54,965 bases of DNA from Verrucomicrobiota bacterium (GCA_023410155.1 JAEYQF010000374.1:1-54965), one strand, 5' to 3'. Positions 40,401-51,516 are shown, counted from the first letter of the stretch. Numbers and translations are program-made. Notes: a model not told the origin generated them from the letters alone.

Positions 40401-42640
40401 TCACGCTGCTCGCCACGCCCGAGCCGAATCGATTCGGAGAATCGACCATCACCGTCACCGCCTCGGATGGTGTGCTCACCTCCTCTCGCTCGTTCACCTT
40501 GGCCGTGGTGGAGGTCAACGACCTGCCAGCGATCTCCCACATCGCCGATCAACGCTTCGATGAAGACAAGGCGTCGGCGACAATTCCGTTTACCATCGAC
40601 GACGTGGAGACTGCGGCTGGGAACCTGATCGTCACCGCGCACTCGTCGAACACTGGACTGATCCCGAAGGCCAACATCACGCTCGGTGGCACAGGCGCCA
40701 ACCGCACCGTGAAGGTCAAATCGGTGCCGAACGAATGGGGCTCTACCCGCATTAGAATCACAGTCAGCGACGGCACCGACGAATCCATGCAGGATTTCTG
40801 GGTGAGGGTGGAACCGGTGAACGATGCGCCCAAGATGAGTGCCATCGCCGATCAGGCGATTAACGAGGACACGTCGACGAAGACGCTACCCTTCACCGTG
40901 GAAGATATCGATACGAGCCTCTCGGAACTGAAATTCTATAAGAGTTCCTCGCACATGGACCTGATCCCATTGGGAAATATCGTGCTCGGTGGAAGTGGGG
41001 TTAATAGGACCGTGAAGATCACGCCACTGAAGGATCGCTACGGCACTTCAACCATCGTGCTCCGTGTTTACGACGGCCACCAGTCGTTCGTCGAAAGCTT
41101 CGTCGTCACGGTCAAACCCGTGAACGACGCACCCACGGTGACCGCCATCGCTGATCAGACGATCAACGAAGACACGTCGACCAAGACGCTTCCTTTCACG
41201 GTGGCCGATATCGATACGAGCGTCTCGAAGGTGAAGATCAGCAAGAGTTCTTCTGACCCGAACCTGATTCCGGTGGACAACATCGTGATCGGTGGAAGCG
41301 GGGCCAGCCGCACGGTCAAAGTCACACCCGCGAAGAATCGCTCCGGCACCTCTACCATCGTGCTGAAGGTGGATGATGGCAGCCTTTCGTCGACCGAGAC
41401 GTTCAAGGTCACGGTCAAACCCGTGAACGACGCACCGACGGTGACCGCCATCGCTGATCAGACGATCAACGAAGACACGTCGACCAAGACGCTTTCTTTC
41501 AAGATCGACGATATCGATACGAGCGTCTCAAAGCTGAAAATTAGCAAGAGTTCTTCTGACCCGAACCTGATTCCGGTGGACAACATCGTGCTCGGCGGCA
41601 GTGGCGCCAAACGCACGGTCAAGGTCACACCCGCGAAGAATCGCCACGGCACCGCCACCATCGCGCTGAAAGTGGATGATGGCAGTCACTCGTCGACCGA
41701 GACGTTCAAAGTCATCGTCAAGCCAGTGAACGACGCGCCTACGATCAGTAAGATCGCCGCTCAGACCGTCGCGCGAAACCGCAGCAGCGCAGCGCTGGCG
41801 TTTACGGTCGGTGATGCCGAGACCGCCGCCTCGTCGCTCAAGGTGACCAGAAGCTCATCGGACACCAAGCTGTTGCCCCTCTCCGGGATCGTCTTGGGCG
41901 GAACCGGAGCCAAGCGCACCGTCAAGCTCACACCTGCCAAGAATCGCACCGGCACCGCCACCGTGACGCTTTCCGTAAGCGACGGAAAGCTGAAGACGAA
42001 GATGGCGTTCAAGGTCAAAGTCAGTTCCTCCGCCAAATCGCTCGAGGAAGGCCCAACAATCACGGCGGATTTGGCAGATCAGGTTGTGCTCACTGGCCAG
42101 ACCCTGCGTCTCGAGGTCACGTCCGATGATCCGGCGGCCCGAGTGAGATGGTTCCGTGACGACGAAGAACTGCGAGGTGCCACCACCCGCGAACTCGTGC
42201 TGCCCAAGATCAAGCTCATCGACGCTGGTGGATACCGTGCGCTCCTCACCAACGCCAAAGGCCAGAGCACCAGCCGCACGGCGGAGGTCGTCGTTGTCGC
42301 GGTCGATGCGCAGAGCGTCGACGTCGGTTCCGGACGGCGCCTGACCGGCGCGGTTCGAGTCGCCGGCGCAGCGGACAAATTGCGCCTCAGCCTCCTTCTT
42401 CCGGCGGATTGGCGTTATGTCGACGGGGTGGCTGCCGGTGCGCAACTTCTCCCGCAGCGAGGCGATGTCGGATTGATCGAGTGGCAATGGCGGGAGGCCG
42501 CCCTTGAGCATCCGGCACGCTTCACGGCCACGTTGGCGCGCACGAACAGCGCCTCACCATGGACCGACGTGGCGGGCGTCCTCGAAATCCGGGTCAACTC
42601 CAGCACGGTCCGTCTGCCGGTTGAGCGTTTGCTGGAGTAG
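37418..42640 (+). CDS. Large surface protein: RCC1/BLIP-II-like repeats + Ig-like and cadherin-like (tandem-95) repeats
   Basis: HTLVLKQDGSLWGAGSNEFGQLG repeats; VNDAPTVTAIADQTINED repeats; signal peptide. Confidence 0.92.
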   Translation: MRIPAVTAACVAIALLFTRAATLSAQTLPEGTMWIGTEAGWAFQSTFRPIMSGVADVAEGNYHLLVLKTDGTLCITGKNGQMELGQPGVKSLESLTQIASGVKAIAASDYGSYFVKDDGTLWVAGTNIPVEVDPGLPAIAPEFVQIAENVEEVSAGHGFVLVRKTDNTVWGTGAAYSGQLGKGSGDSPSGFIQIEEGAKAIATGFGHTLVLKQDGSLWGAGSNEFGQLGLEDSSNFMSFAQIATEVKAMAAGPHHTAFVKNDGTLWTCGANSEGQIGDGTLDDRRTPHPAASDVVSVGAGPGAIWFIKSDATLWATGGQDFQGNGAGSAGHKSPVQIATGAKIARPVGGTKFYLDTDDVLWGAGYPVAGELGDRGLTPEFGHALDSVSLVATNGFDSWVVKPDGTLWSGALPTLAQVPGVTDVKEIAAGASSSSAYYLKTDHTLWRIARGEKAKKIDADVRVISAGSNYVAYIKSDDTLWGWQEFYSIGVDFGPTNTPVKVAAGVRSVSAAAWHMLYVKNDNTLWGMGYPWLGFTNAPAWGSPYRSNPVELLTGIKAAAAHSERNAYISTDGSLWVLGAGFSDSAGPAVRMDTGVSTVAVTDRDVFYKKADDLLYRNRTVLHPGVQSFTATGWPLALIQRAQGLVAPTAASPARTVKTAVGASLILDAAFSGSAPISFRWEKDEEPVDSVERVASDRLTARLTVPYVQETSTGSYRAIGRNTAGEAVSEAVAIALVPGLSVSSIPDQVIELGAATEWLPFQLSNGGSESAIVLSAESSNPDVIPVENISFAGAGAARSVRVQATDARGGVAVISVLITDGGETAVTQFVVGVNGPPSISSIADQTINEDENSLSEITVSDDLTADRDLLITASSSNTTLVSANSVKITGTGSTRNVQVSPVRDQSGSAVITLTLSDGASSVTTSFTLTVVSVPDAPRIEAIASRTVEEDSPVQTFSVVVEDPDSPRSNLTYQVSHTNSALVNSSKLVLTPTASGFTLLATPEPNRFGESTITVTASDGVLTSSRSFTLAVVEVNDLPAISHIADQRFDEDKASATIPFTIDDVETAAGNLIVTAHSSNTGLIPKANITLGGTGANRTVKVKSVPNEWGSTRIRITVSDGTDESMQDFWVRVEPVNDAPKMSAIADQAINEDTSTKTLPFTVEDIDTSLSELKFYKSSSHMDLIPLGNIVLGGSGVNRTVKITPLKDRYGTSTIVLRVYDGHQSFVESFVVTVKPVNDAPTVTAIADQTINEDTSTKTLPFTVADIDTSVSKVKISKSSSDPNLIPVDNIVIGGSGASRTVKVTPAKNRSGTSTIVLKVDDGSLSSTETFKVTVKPVNDAPTVTAIADQTINEDTSTKTLSFKIDDIDTSVSKLKISKSSSDPNLIPVDNIVLGGSGAKRTVKVTPAKNRHGTATIALKVDDGSHSSTETFKVIVKPVNDAPTISKIAAQTVARNRSSAALAFTVGDAETAASSLKVTRSSSDTKLLPLSGIVLGGTGAKRTVKLTPAKNRTGTATVTLSVSDGKLKTKMAFKVKVSSSAKSLEEGPTITADLADQVVLTGQTLRLEVTSDDPAARVRWFRDDEELRGATTRELVLPKIKLIDAGGYRALLTNAKGQSTSRTAEVVVVAVDAQSVDVGSGRRLTGAVRVAGAADKLRLSLLLPADWRYVDGVAAGAQLLPQRGDVGLIEWQWREAALEHPARFTATLARTNSASPWTDVAGVLEIRVNSSTVRLPVERLLE
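41108..41713 (+). repeat. Near-identical 303-bp intragenic tandem duplication (101-aa Ig-like units)
   Basis: acggtcaaacccgtgaacgacgcacc.acggtgaccgccatcgctgatcagacgatcaacgaagacacg at 41108 and 41411. Confidence 0.9.
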
Positions 42641-42641
42641 C

Positions 42642-42692
42642 CCCGCAGCTGCAGTCGCTCGTCCGCCGCGGGACGAGCGGCCCTGCTGCGGG
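42642..42692. terminator. Long GC hairpin between convergent genes
   Basis: cccgcagc..cgctcgtcc / ggacgagcg..gctgcggg; no U tract. Confidence 0.5.
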
Positions 42693-42697
42693 CTGGC

Positions 42698-44941
42698 TTA
42701 GGCGCGCACTTCCGCGATGCGCCGGTCGAGCAGAGCGGTGTTCACCGGCTTCGTGAGATGCGCCGAAAACCCAGCCGCGCGGGAACGTGCGATGTCATCA
42801 TCCGCCCCGTAGCCGCTGAGGGCGATGCCGCGGGCCTCAGGCCACAGTCCCTTCACTTCGTTCATCAAGGCGCAGCCGTCCCCATCCGGCAGTCCGATGT
42901 CGGAAATCACCAGGTGAACCGGTCCCTGCGTGGCCAATGTCCGCGCTTCATTCAACGTGCCGGCGGCGATCACGACATAGCCGCGCCGGGTCAGGAGTTG
43001 CTGGAGGGTTGCACGCGTGGGACCGTGATCGTCGACCAGCAGCAGACGGCAGCTCTCGGGTGGTTGAGGACAAGGAGAGGGGCCCGCCTCGGGGGGCGGC
43101 GGCGATGCGATCGCAGCCTTGGCATCCGCCACCAACGCGGAGGGCAACTCGATCGTGATGGTGGCGCCCCGCCCGCGACCTGCGCTCGAGGCCGAGATCA
43201 CGCCGCCATGGAGCTGCACGAGTGATCGCGAGATCGCGAGCCCCAGCCCGAGTCCGCCGAAGCGGTGGGAGCCGCTCGACTGGGCGTGTTCGCCTTGGGC
43301 GAAAGCGTCGAAAACCACCGTGAGCTCCTTTTGCGTCATGCCGATCCCGTCGTCGGTGATGCGCACGAGCAGGTTGAGCGGGCCGGATTGCGGGAGCAGC
43401 GCGACCACGATGCGACCACCGCGCGCGCTGAACTTCACGGCGTTGCTGATCACATTCCAAAAAACCTGGCGGATGCGCACGGGGTCTCCGTTTACCAGGG
43501 CCGGCGAGATGCGGAAATCGGTCACCACTTGCACACCTTTCTGGCTGATCTCGCCGCCGAGGATCGTGATCGTCTCCAGCAACGCGTCGGCGAGATCGAA
43601 CTCACTGCGATCGAGGATGAGTTTGCCCCGGGTGATGCGAGTGAGGTCGAGGAGGTCGTCAATGAGCCGGGCCTCGAGTTCCACGCTCTTGCGGATGAGG
43701 TTGAACTCGGCGCGAATCTGTTCCGGCAGGGCGGGATTGCTCGCGCCTTCACTCGCGAGCAGTAGCACCGGGCTCAGGGGGGTGCGCAGCTCGTGCGAGA
43801 GCGCGGCCAGGAACTCGTCCTTGGCTCGCGAAGCGGCGAGAGCCTCGTCGCGGGCACGTTCGACTTCGCGCTCGATACGTTTGCGCGCGGTCAGGTCGGT
43901 GACCACGGCAACGAAGCCCAGGACTTCGCCACCCCGGTCCACTTCGGGGACATAGACGATATGGGCCCATCCATTCCCGCCGAAAAAGGGCGCCTCCAGT
44001 TCGAACTCCACCCGGCGGCCTTGAAGGACTTCCCGGATGTGGGGCAGGGCCGCGGCGTAGAGGCTCTCGCCGATGACGTCGGAGAGATGGAGGCCAACGA
44101 GGTCGCGGGGCTTGCGGTTGAAGCGTTGGGCGTAGATCAGGTTGACGAATTTGAACCGGTGGTTGCGGTCCAGATGCGCCAGCGACACGGAGCTGTTGTC
44201 GGTGACGAGGGCGAGCTGCGCTTCGCGCGCGAGCAGGGCGGTGTGACTGCGCTCGATTTCGTCGAGCATGGCGTTGAACGCCTGTGTGAGTTCCCCGATC
44301 TCATCGTCGCTCTGCGTGGCGGCCCGCGCGCTGTAGTCCTTGTTCTGCGAGACACGGGTGGCGAGGCGGGCGAGCACCAGGATGGGATCCGAGATACGGC
44401 GCTGCATCAGCGCGGAAAGCGCCACGGCGAGAGCGCCGCCGATGATCAGGACGCCCGCGAGCACCCACGCGAAAATCGTCATGCGCTGGTAGACGCCGCC
44501 GAGACTCTTCACCAGGACCAGGGTGCCGACGCGCGTGCCGCCTTGGACGACCGGCAGTTGGAGCACGGCACGGCCGCCTTCGATTTCGGCGCCATCGGCG
44601 GCACGCAGCACCAAATCGGTCGCCGCCGTAGCATTCGAGGCAAACGAGACGAACGGCTCGCGAGCCGAGTCGTAGAGCACCGCCATCTCGACGTGAGGGT
44701 CGGCGCGCAAAGCCGCCAGCACTTCGTAGGCGACCTGCCGGTCCTGATACAGCAGCGCAGCAGTCGTGTTGCTTGCGGTTATTTCCCCCGTCACGGCCAG
44801 ATTGCGCAAGACGGTGCGGCGGGAGCTGACCAGCTCGTAACTGGCCAGCACCGCCGCTGCGAGCAGGAGGACGCTGAAGCTGATCAGGAGGATGATCGCC
44901 GTGATCTTGCGGCGCAGCGAACGCGGCTTCAGGGCATTCAT
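42698..44941 (-). CDS. Hybrid sensor histidine kinase (periplasmic CHASE-like, HAMP, PAS, HisKA, HATPase, REC)
   Basis: Two TM helices, DDEIGELTQAFNAML, PAS, SHELRTPL, NAVKFS, DDGIGM, GGLGLGL, LLVDD..SDIGLPDGDG..KP. Confidence 0.95.
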   Translation of the reverse strand: MNALKPRSLRRKITAIILLISFSVLLLAAAVLASYELVSSRRTVLRNLAVTGEITASNTTAALLYQDRQVAYEVLAALRADPHVEMAVLYDSAREPFVSFASNATAATDLVLRAADGAEIEGGRAVLQLPVVQGGTRVGTLVLVKSLGGVYQRMTIFAWVLAGVLIIGGALAVALSALMQRRISDPILVLARLATRVSQNKDYSARAATQSDDEIGELTQAFNAMLDEIERSHTALLAREAQLALVTDNSSVSLAHLDRNHRFKFVNLIYAQRFNRKPRDLVGLHLSDVIGESLYAAALPHIREVLQGRRVEFELEAPFFGGNGWAHIVYVPEVDRGGEVLGFVAVVTDLTARKRIEREVERARDEALAASRAKDEFLAALSHELRTPLSPVLLLASEGASNPALPEQIRAEFNLIRKSVELEARLIDDLLDLTRITRGKLILDRSEFDLADALLETITILGGEISQKGVQVVTDFRISPALVNGDPVRIRQVFWNVISNAVKFSARGGRIVVALLPQSGPLNLLVRITDDGIGMTQKELTVVFDAFAQGEHAQSSGSHRFGGLGLGLAISRSLVQLHGGVISASSAGRGRGATITIELPSALVADAKAAIASPPPPEAGPSPCPQPPESCRLLLVDDHGPTRATLQQLLTRRGYVVIAAGTLNEARTLATQGPVHLVISDIGLPDGDGCALMNEVKGLWPEARGIALSGYGADDDIARSRAAGFSAHLTKPVNTALLDRRIAEVRA

Positions 44942-45561
44942 GGTTGCGGACTGGAAACGATTTCGGCGAGCCGGAGGAGCTTGGAACTGGCAGACAGGTT
45001 GCGCGCCTTCAAGGCGTCCGGGTTGATGCGGAGGCTCACCCGACCGCCCGTGCGACCGCCCAGCTCGATCATGCCGCCCCGCTCGGCGAAATGGGCGAAT
45101 TCCCCGACCGTGACAATCGGCCGGTCGCCCAGCCCCGTCAGGATCGCCTGCAGGTGCGCCGCTTCTGTGCGGGAAACATAGACGAGATGCGCCTCCCGTG
45201 CGTCGTCGATCGTGCGGCACCGCACCACGGCGAGGGGGCGGCCGCCGACTGTTTCTCCGCGCACGATTTCGCGCAGCGCCGACTCGAGCGCGGGATCATT
45301 GATGATGCCCAGCACGAGCAGAGAATCGCTCTGCTCGAAGGCCACTTCCGGCCAGGAAATGAACGAGGTGAAATGAAACACCATCGCGGCTTTCACTTTG
45401 AAATCTTCCACCGGACCGGACGCCGCGACCAAATGGGGTGCCACGACCAGCGCCGGCGCGAGCAGCAGAACCGCCGGGCGGACCAGCCGCAGCAGAGCCA
45501 ACGCCAGGGGGATGCTCCGGGCGCGGACAAGCGAGTAGCGGTGAGGGCGGCAGCGGGGCAT
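44938..45561 (-). CDS. YfiR family (DUF4154) periplasmic protein
   Basis: VKAAMVFHFTSFISWP, IVTVGE..FAERGGMI, LRINPDA....LSASSKLLRLA. Confidence 0.9.
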   Translation of the reverse strand: MPRCRPHRYSLVRARSIPLALALLRLVRPAVLLLAPALVVAPHLVAASGPVEDFKVKAAMVFHFTSFISWPEVAFEQSDSLLVLGIINDPALESALREIVRGETVGGRPLAVVRCRTIDDAREAHLVYVSRTEAAHLQAILTGLGDRPIVTVGEFAHFAERGGMIELGGRTGGRVSLRINPDALKARNLSASSKLLRLAEIVSSPQP

Positions 45562-45566
45562 CGATG

Positions 45567-47492
45567 CTAGAATCTCCACGCCATCTTCGCGTGAGCGCTG
45601 GGTCCGACCAGATCGGTCCCGCTGTTCGTGGGGATGATCTCGTGGTGAGCCGGGGCAAACAGATCGCGTCCTACAAGTGAGAACTCCCAGGCTGCGTCGG
45701 GGCGCCATGCGAGCCGCAGATCGACCACCGTATAGGCCGCGGATGCAGGATCCGGTCGCGCGCTCACGTGCCGGAGAGTAGCGTCGAAGTTCACCGCGCC
45801 CGTCAGATCCACATGGGCAGTGATCTGGCCGATGTGCCGGGGGTCATTGGCTTCTACGCTGGTGCCGAAGAGCGCGTCGAACCCCGGTCGGCGCGAAAAC
45901 TCCAAATCGAGATAACGATAACTGACGCGCAGCATCACGCGCTCTCCGGCCTGCTGGTGCAGCGTCAACTCGGCGCCGGTGGAGTCCGCTTTCCAACCGT
46001 TGCCGAAGGTGAGGGGAAAGGTTCCGTTGCCGAGCCACTCGTAGCTGCGGATGTCGGTGTAGCGATTATGGAAGGTCGCAATCTCGACGGCCGTGTCGGG
46101 TCCGAGCTGGTGACGCGAGCCGATCTCGAAGGCGATCACTGACTCCGATTTGAAGGCGTCCGTGGCGCGCACGATCTCCACGGGCTCGGTGCGAAAAACC
46201 AGATCGTGATCCACCCGGACCGGCGTGCGGACCGCGCGGGAAACCGCGGCCCAGAGGGTATGCGCGCGAGAGGGCGTCCACGCGGCGCGGAGGGAGGGGT
46301 GGATCTCCACCCCGGTGAAGCTGTTGTGGTCGATCTTTGTGCCGGCCGTGAGAGCGAAGAACTCCGGCACGAGCGTCAGGGTGTCCTGCGCGAAGAATCC
46401 GATGTTGTGCACCGTGCGCTGGCTCGGCGACATCTGTGCCACGCTCAACTGCCCGATTTTATCCGAGGAGATCGAACCATCGAAGCCGAGCATCCACTCG
46501 TGTGGTCCGCGGGTCGTTTGGAACTGCGCCGAACCGGCGAACGTGCGGCGCTGCTCGCTCCATGCTCCCGGGATGAGACGCTTCGTGAAATCCAGGTAGC
46601 TGCTCAAGTCCCACTGAGTGTCCGCGGTGACAAACTGCTGCCAGCGCCCCAGCAGATTGGCGCCCGAGAAAGTGGTCTGCAGGTGGCTCTTGGGGAGTCC
46701 CTTGTTCGTGTAGGCGTCTCCTTGCAGGGTGACCGTCGCGCCACTCGCGAGAGCGGAGTCTGCGCGGAACCCGCCTTGAAGAAAATCGAACTCGGGGGCG
46801 CTGGGCCGCCCGGTCTGATTGCGTGACCACTCACTCTGGTGATACTTCACATAGACGCGGTAGAACGTGTTGCCGCTGATCCGCCCTCCGTGGCGCACTG
46901 CGGCGCGCGCCTGTCCGTGCGTGCCCACCACCGTGCTGATGAGCCCGCCTTGGGTGGCATCCGCCGGTTTCGTGATGAACTGCACGACGCCATTGACCGC
47001 ATACGCGCCCCACATCGCGCCCACCGGGCCTCGCACCACTTCCACGCGCTCCAGATCCTCGATCAACGTGTCCTGCACGTCCCACAGCACTCCCGAGAAG
47101 AACGGGGTGAACAGACTCCGACCATCGATGGTCACCGCGAGTTTGTTGGCGGCGAGCACGTTGAAGCCGCGCGCGCTTACCGCCCAATTGCCGGCGTTCG
47201 CTTGCGCGACATCCATGCCCGTGGCGAAGCGCAGGATGTCGGGCAGCCGCTCCGCACCGGTGCGCCGGATGTCCTCCGCGGTGAGCACTTCCGCCGCGCC
47301 CGGCGCTGACCACCACGATTCCGCCTTACGCGACATCGTCGTCACCTGCAGCGACAGCAGATCTTCCAGCGACAACTGCTTCAATCCTGCCCCGGCATCG
47401 TCCTGCGCATGGGCCGCAGGCATCCAGCCGCAGGTCCACACCACCGTGACCGCGCCGAGCAGGCGCAAGGCAGGCGAACGCCCGCGATGCAA
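45567..47492 (-). CDS. TonB-dependent receptor
   Basis: LKQLSLEDLLSLQVTT, plug motifs SARGFN, IDGRS, ERVEVVRGP..WG..AVNGVV; C-terminal WRF; TTG start inferred from the signal peptide ending AHA. Confidence 0.92.
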   Translation of the reverse strand: MHRGRSPALRLLGAVTVVWTCGWMPAAHAQDDAGAGLKQLSLEDLLSLQVTTMSRKAESWWSAPGAAEVLTAEDIRRTGAERLPDILRFATGMDVAQANAGNWAVSARGFNVLAANKLAVTIDGRSLFTPFFSGVLWDVQDTLIEDLERVEVVRGPVGAMWGAYAVNGVVQFITKPADATQGGLISTVVGTHGQARAAVRHGGRISGNTFYRVYVKYHQSEWSRNQTGRPSAPEFDFLQGGFRADSALASGATVTLQGDAYTNKGLPKSHLQTTFSGANLLGRWQQFVTADTQWDLSSYLDFTKRLIPGAWSEQRRTFAGSAQFQTTRGPHEWMLGFDGSISSDKIGQLSVAQMSPSQRTVHNIGFFAQDTLTLVPEFFALTAGTKIDHNSFTGVEIHPSLRAAWTPSRAHTLWAAVSRAVRTPVRVDHDLVFRTEPVEIVRATDAFKSESVIAFEIGSRHQLGPDTAVEIATFHNRYTDIRSYEWLGNGTFPLTFGNGWKADSTGAELTLHQQAGERVMLRVSYRYLDLEFSRRPGFDALFGTSVEANDPRHIGQITAHVDLTGAVNFDATLRHVSARPDPASAAYTVVDLRLAWRPDAAWEFSLVGRDLFAPAHHEIIPTNSGTDLVGPSAHAKMAWRF

Positions 47493-47523
47493 GAACGTGG
47501 TGGAGGTGAGCTTCGGCGGAAGG

Positions 47524-47538
47524 TGAAGCACCGTGCCA
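47524..47538 (-). promoter_or_regulatory. Sigma54-like -24/-12 element (variant) for the TBDR operon
   Basis: TGGCACGGTGCTTCA versus consensus TGGCACGnnnnTTGC. Confidence 0.35.
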
Positions 47539-47724
47539 GTAGCACGGTCGGGACGCAGCCTGTCGAGCGACAATCTGAAGTTTGCTTGCATGAGCTGGAG
47601 CGCCCCGAGCGAACTCCGAAAAAAGTCGCGATTTGCGCCGGCGCGCGCGCCATCGATTGCAGGTTTCGGCCTCGGTTCCATGCCGTCCGGAGCAAACCTC
47701 CCAGAAGTTAAGCAGTTGCGCTGT

Positions 47725-47740
47725 TGGCACGAACCAAGCA
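47725..47740 (+). promoter_or_regulatory. Sigma54-like -24/-12 element for the DUF748 gene
   Basis: TGGCACGAACCAAGCA has the correct GG-N10-GC spacing. Confidence 0.4.
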
Positions 47741-47754
47741 CCGCCCGGGGCCTC

Positions 47755-48900
47755 ATGGCGACTCCCCCCGCACAGGCCGGATCGCGCGCCCGGCGATCGA
47801 GTTTGTTCCCGTTTGCTGACGGACGCCCTTTCGTAAGAATTTTACTTTGGGTCGTAGTGGTCGTGGCGTTGTTGCTTCTCCTGGTGCGCTTCGTCGGGTC
47901 GCCCATTGCCACGGCGGTCGCCAACCGGAAGCTCGCCGAGCTGCCTGGCTATCAAGGCGAGGTGGATGCCGTGACCCTTTCCCTCTGGCGGGGCACGGGC
48001 AGCATCGAGAATCTCGTCCTTCGCGAGCACGATCACCGGGAGAACGATCCGCCCCTGCTGCACGTGAGGCATGCCCAATTTCACTGGGCTCCGGATTCGA
48101 TCTTCCGCGGCAAGCTCGGAGGCCGCATCGATGTCGTCGGCCTCGAGCTGACGATCGTGAAGCAGGAACGCGTCGACGATGTCGGCCAGGCGGCTGCAGA
48201 GGTGGAGGAGAAGGCCGGCGCGGTGGCCGAGAAACTCGATGCCTGGCAGAGCGTGCTCGCCGAGGCGTTTCCGATGGAGCTCGCCAGTCTCGAAGTGAAG
48301 GAGTCGCGTGTCCGTTTTCTGGATACGAGCTATGATCCGCGCGTCGATGTGGCGCTCGACGATCTCACGGTGCACGCCACCGGGCTCAAGAACCGGCGTG
48401 ACGGGCAGGAACTGCCAGCGCACGTCGTGCTCACGGGTGTCACGACCGGTGGCGGCCGGTTGCGCGCGGAGGTTCGGGCCGATCCCGTGGCCGAGCTGCC
48501 GCGTTTCGACACCCAGTTCGAGCTGAAGCAGCTCTCCCTTCCCGCGTGCAACGCCCTTCTGAAAGCCTATGCCGATGCCGACGTCTCGCGCGGAGAGTTC
48601 GAGATCTTCATCGAAGCGACCGCGCGGGAGGGGCGCTACGAAGGTTACGCCAAACCTTTTTTCAAGGACCTCGATTTCTCCAATCCTTCCGACGACGATA
48701 AGAATATCGCCGAGAAGGCGAAGGAAGCCGTCGTCTCCGCCGTGGCGAATGTGCTCGAGAGCAACGATGACGACAAGGTGGCTACGAAGGCGCCGTTCTC
48801 GGGAAACTTCGAGAACAACGACGTCGATATCTGGACCACCGTCAGCACCCTCATGCGCAACGCCTTCATCGAAGCACTTCGCGAAGGCTTCGAAGGTTAG
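47755..48900 (+). CDS. DUF748 domain (AsmA-like) protein
   Basis: N-terminal TM anchor, [51 protein letters not shown]. Confidence 0.8.
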   Translation: MATPPAQAGSRARRSSLFPFADGRPFVRILLWVVVVVALLLLLVRFVGSPIATAVANRKLAELPGYQGEVDAVTLSLWRGTGSIENLVLREHDHRENDPPLLHVRHAQFHWAPDSIFRGKLGGRIDVVGLELTIVKQERVDDVGQAAAEVEEKAGAVAEKLDAWQSVLAEAFPMELASLEVKESRVRFLDTSYDPRVDVALDDLTVHATGLKNRRDGQELPAHVVLTGVTTGGGRLRAEVRADPVAELPRFDTQFELKQLSLPACNALLKAYADADVSRGEFEIFIEATAREGRYEGYAKPFFKDLDFSNPSDDDKNIAEKAKEAVVSAVANVLESNDDDKVATKAPFSGNFENNDVDIWTTVSTLMRNAFIEALREGFEG

Positions 48901-48936
48901 CCGGGCGCGGTCGACCCGATACGAACCCTGTGCTGG

Positions 48937-49090
48937 GTCGAGCCAGTGTCCGGCGCGGGTCATGCCACGTTGCGTCCCGCGTCGCGCCTGGGTGCGCTCC
49001 GGCTCGCTCCGGGATCCGGGCCGGGTCGCGCCATGGGGCGGGCGGCGTCGGGAAGGGACGCGAACCCACTCGGGACCGAGCGCGGCTCGG
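48937..49090 (+). repeat. Intergenic tandem array of about 14 degenerate 11-bp units
   Basis: gtcgagccagt|gtccggcgcgg|gtcatgccacg|ttgcgtcccgc|gtcgcgcctgg|gtgcgctccgg|ctcgctccggg|atccgggccgg|gtcgcgccatg... Confidence 0.8.
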
Positions 49091-49148
49091 AATCGCGCTT
49101 GCGCAGGATTGGCGGTTTGCCTTTTGCTCTCCGTTTCCCTCCTCGCAC

Positions 49149-50690
<1,542 letters not shown>

Positions 50691-50740
50691 GACCCGCAGC
50701 GGGCTTCCCATCGGAGGCAAAGTTCTTCACGCTGCGACGC

Positions 50741-51499
50741 ATGATCACGTCCTTCTTCTGTCGTTTTCTGGCCGTGGGATCGTTGTTGGTCGCGACCGCG
50801 GGTGCGGCGCTCGCCGAGCCGGCGATCCTCACGAAGGCGCGCGCACGGTTGGGTCCGGACGCGGTGTTGGACGCGGTGCGCACCCTCCACTATGTCGGCA
50901 CGCTCGAATTGCCGGATCCCGCCGACCCGACGCAGTCAAAGACCGCAGGCTTAGAAATCTTTTTGGAGAAGCCGGATCGCCAGCGCATCCAGATCAGCAA
51001 TGAGGAAGCCGTGGAGGTGAAGGTGCTCGATGGCTATGATGCGTGGACTCGCCTCACCAATGTAAAGGACCCGAGCCGCTGGGAGCACACGCTGCTCGCC
51101 GCCGATCAGATCAAGCAACTGCGTGCCGATGTGTGGCAGAACCTCTACTTCTTCCGCGGCATCGAAGCCGTGGGCGGCAAGATCGAATCACACGGTCCCA
51201 CCACCATCGAGGGCCTGGAGTGCGAGAAGCTCTCGTTCGTGCACAGCGACGAGATCGTTTACGACCGCTACTTCGAAATCGCCACCGGGCGGCTCGTCTA
51301 CACCGGCAACGATCGCAACAACATCCGCGAAGAGGGCGAATTGGTTTCCGGGGGCATCCGGTTCCCGAAGCAGATTCTCATCACGATCCAGGCGCCGGAC
51401 GGCCAGGCGCTGCGCCAGCGGATCACGTTTACCAAGATCACTGTTAACGAGCCGCTCTCTCCCGACCTGTTCGAGATGCCCGTCGCGCGGGCGCAGTGA
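50741..51499 (+). CDS. Secreted hypothetical protein (LolA/lipoprotein-sorting-like fold suspected)
   Basis: Signal peptide; GIRFPKQI..., ITVNEPLSPDLFEMP C-terminus. Confidence 0.7.
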   Translation: MITSFFCRFLAVGSLLVATAGAALAEPAILTKARARLGPDAVLDAVRTLHYVGTLELPDPADPTQSKTAGLEIFLEKPDRQRIQISNEEAVEVKVLDGYDAWTRLTNVKDPSRWEHTLLAADQIKQLRADVWQNLYFFRGIEAVGGKIESHGPTTIEGLECEKLSFVHSDEIVYDRYFEIATGRLVYTGNDRNNIREEGELVSGGIRFPKQILITIQAPDGQALRQRITFTKITVNEPLSPDLFEMPVARAQ

Positions 51500-51516
51500 T
51501 TCCAAGAACGCTCCCT

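Noticed and set aside
48901..49148. Purine riboswitch upstream of guaA
   Set aside because: No purine-aptamer consensus; the region is occupied by the 11-bp array.
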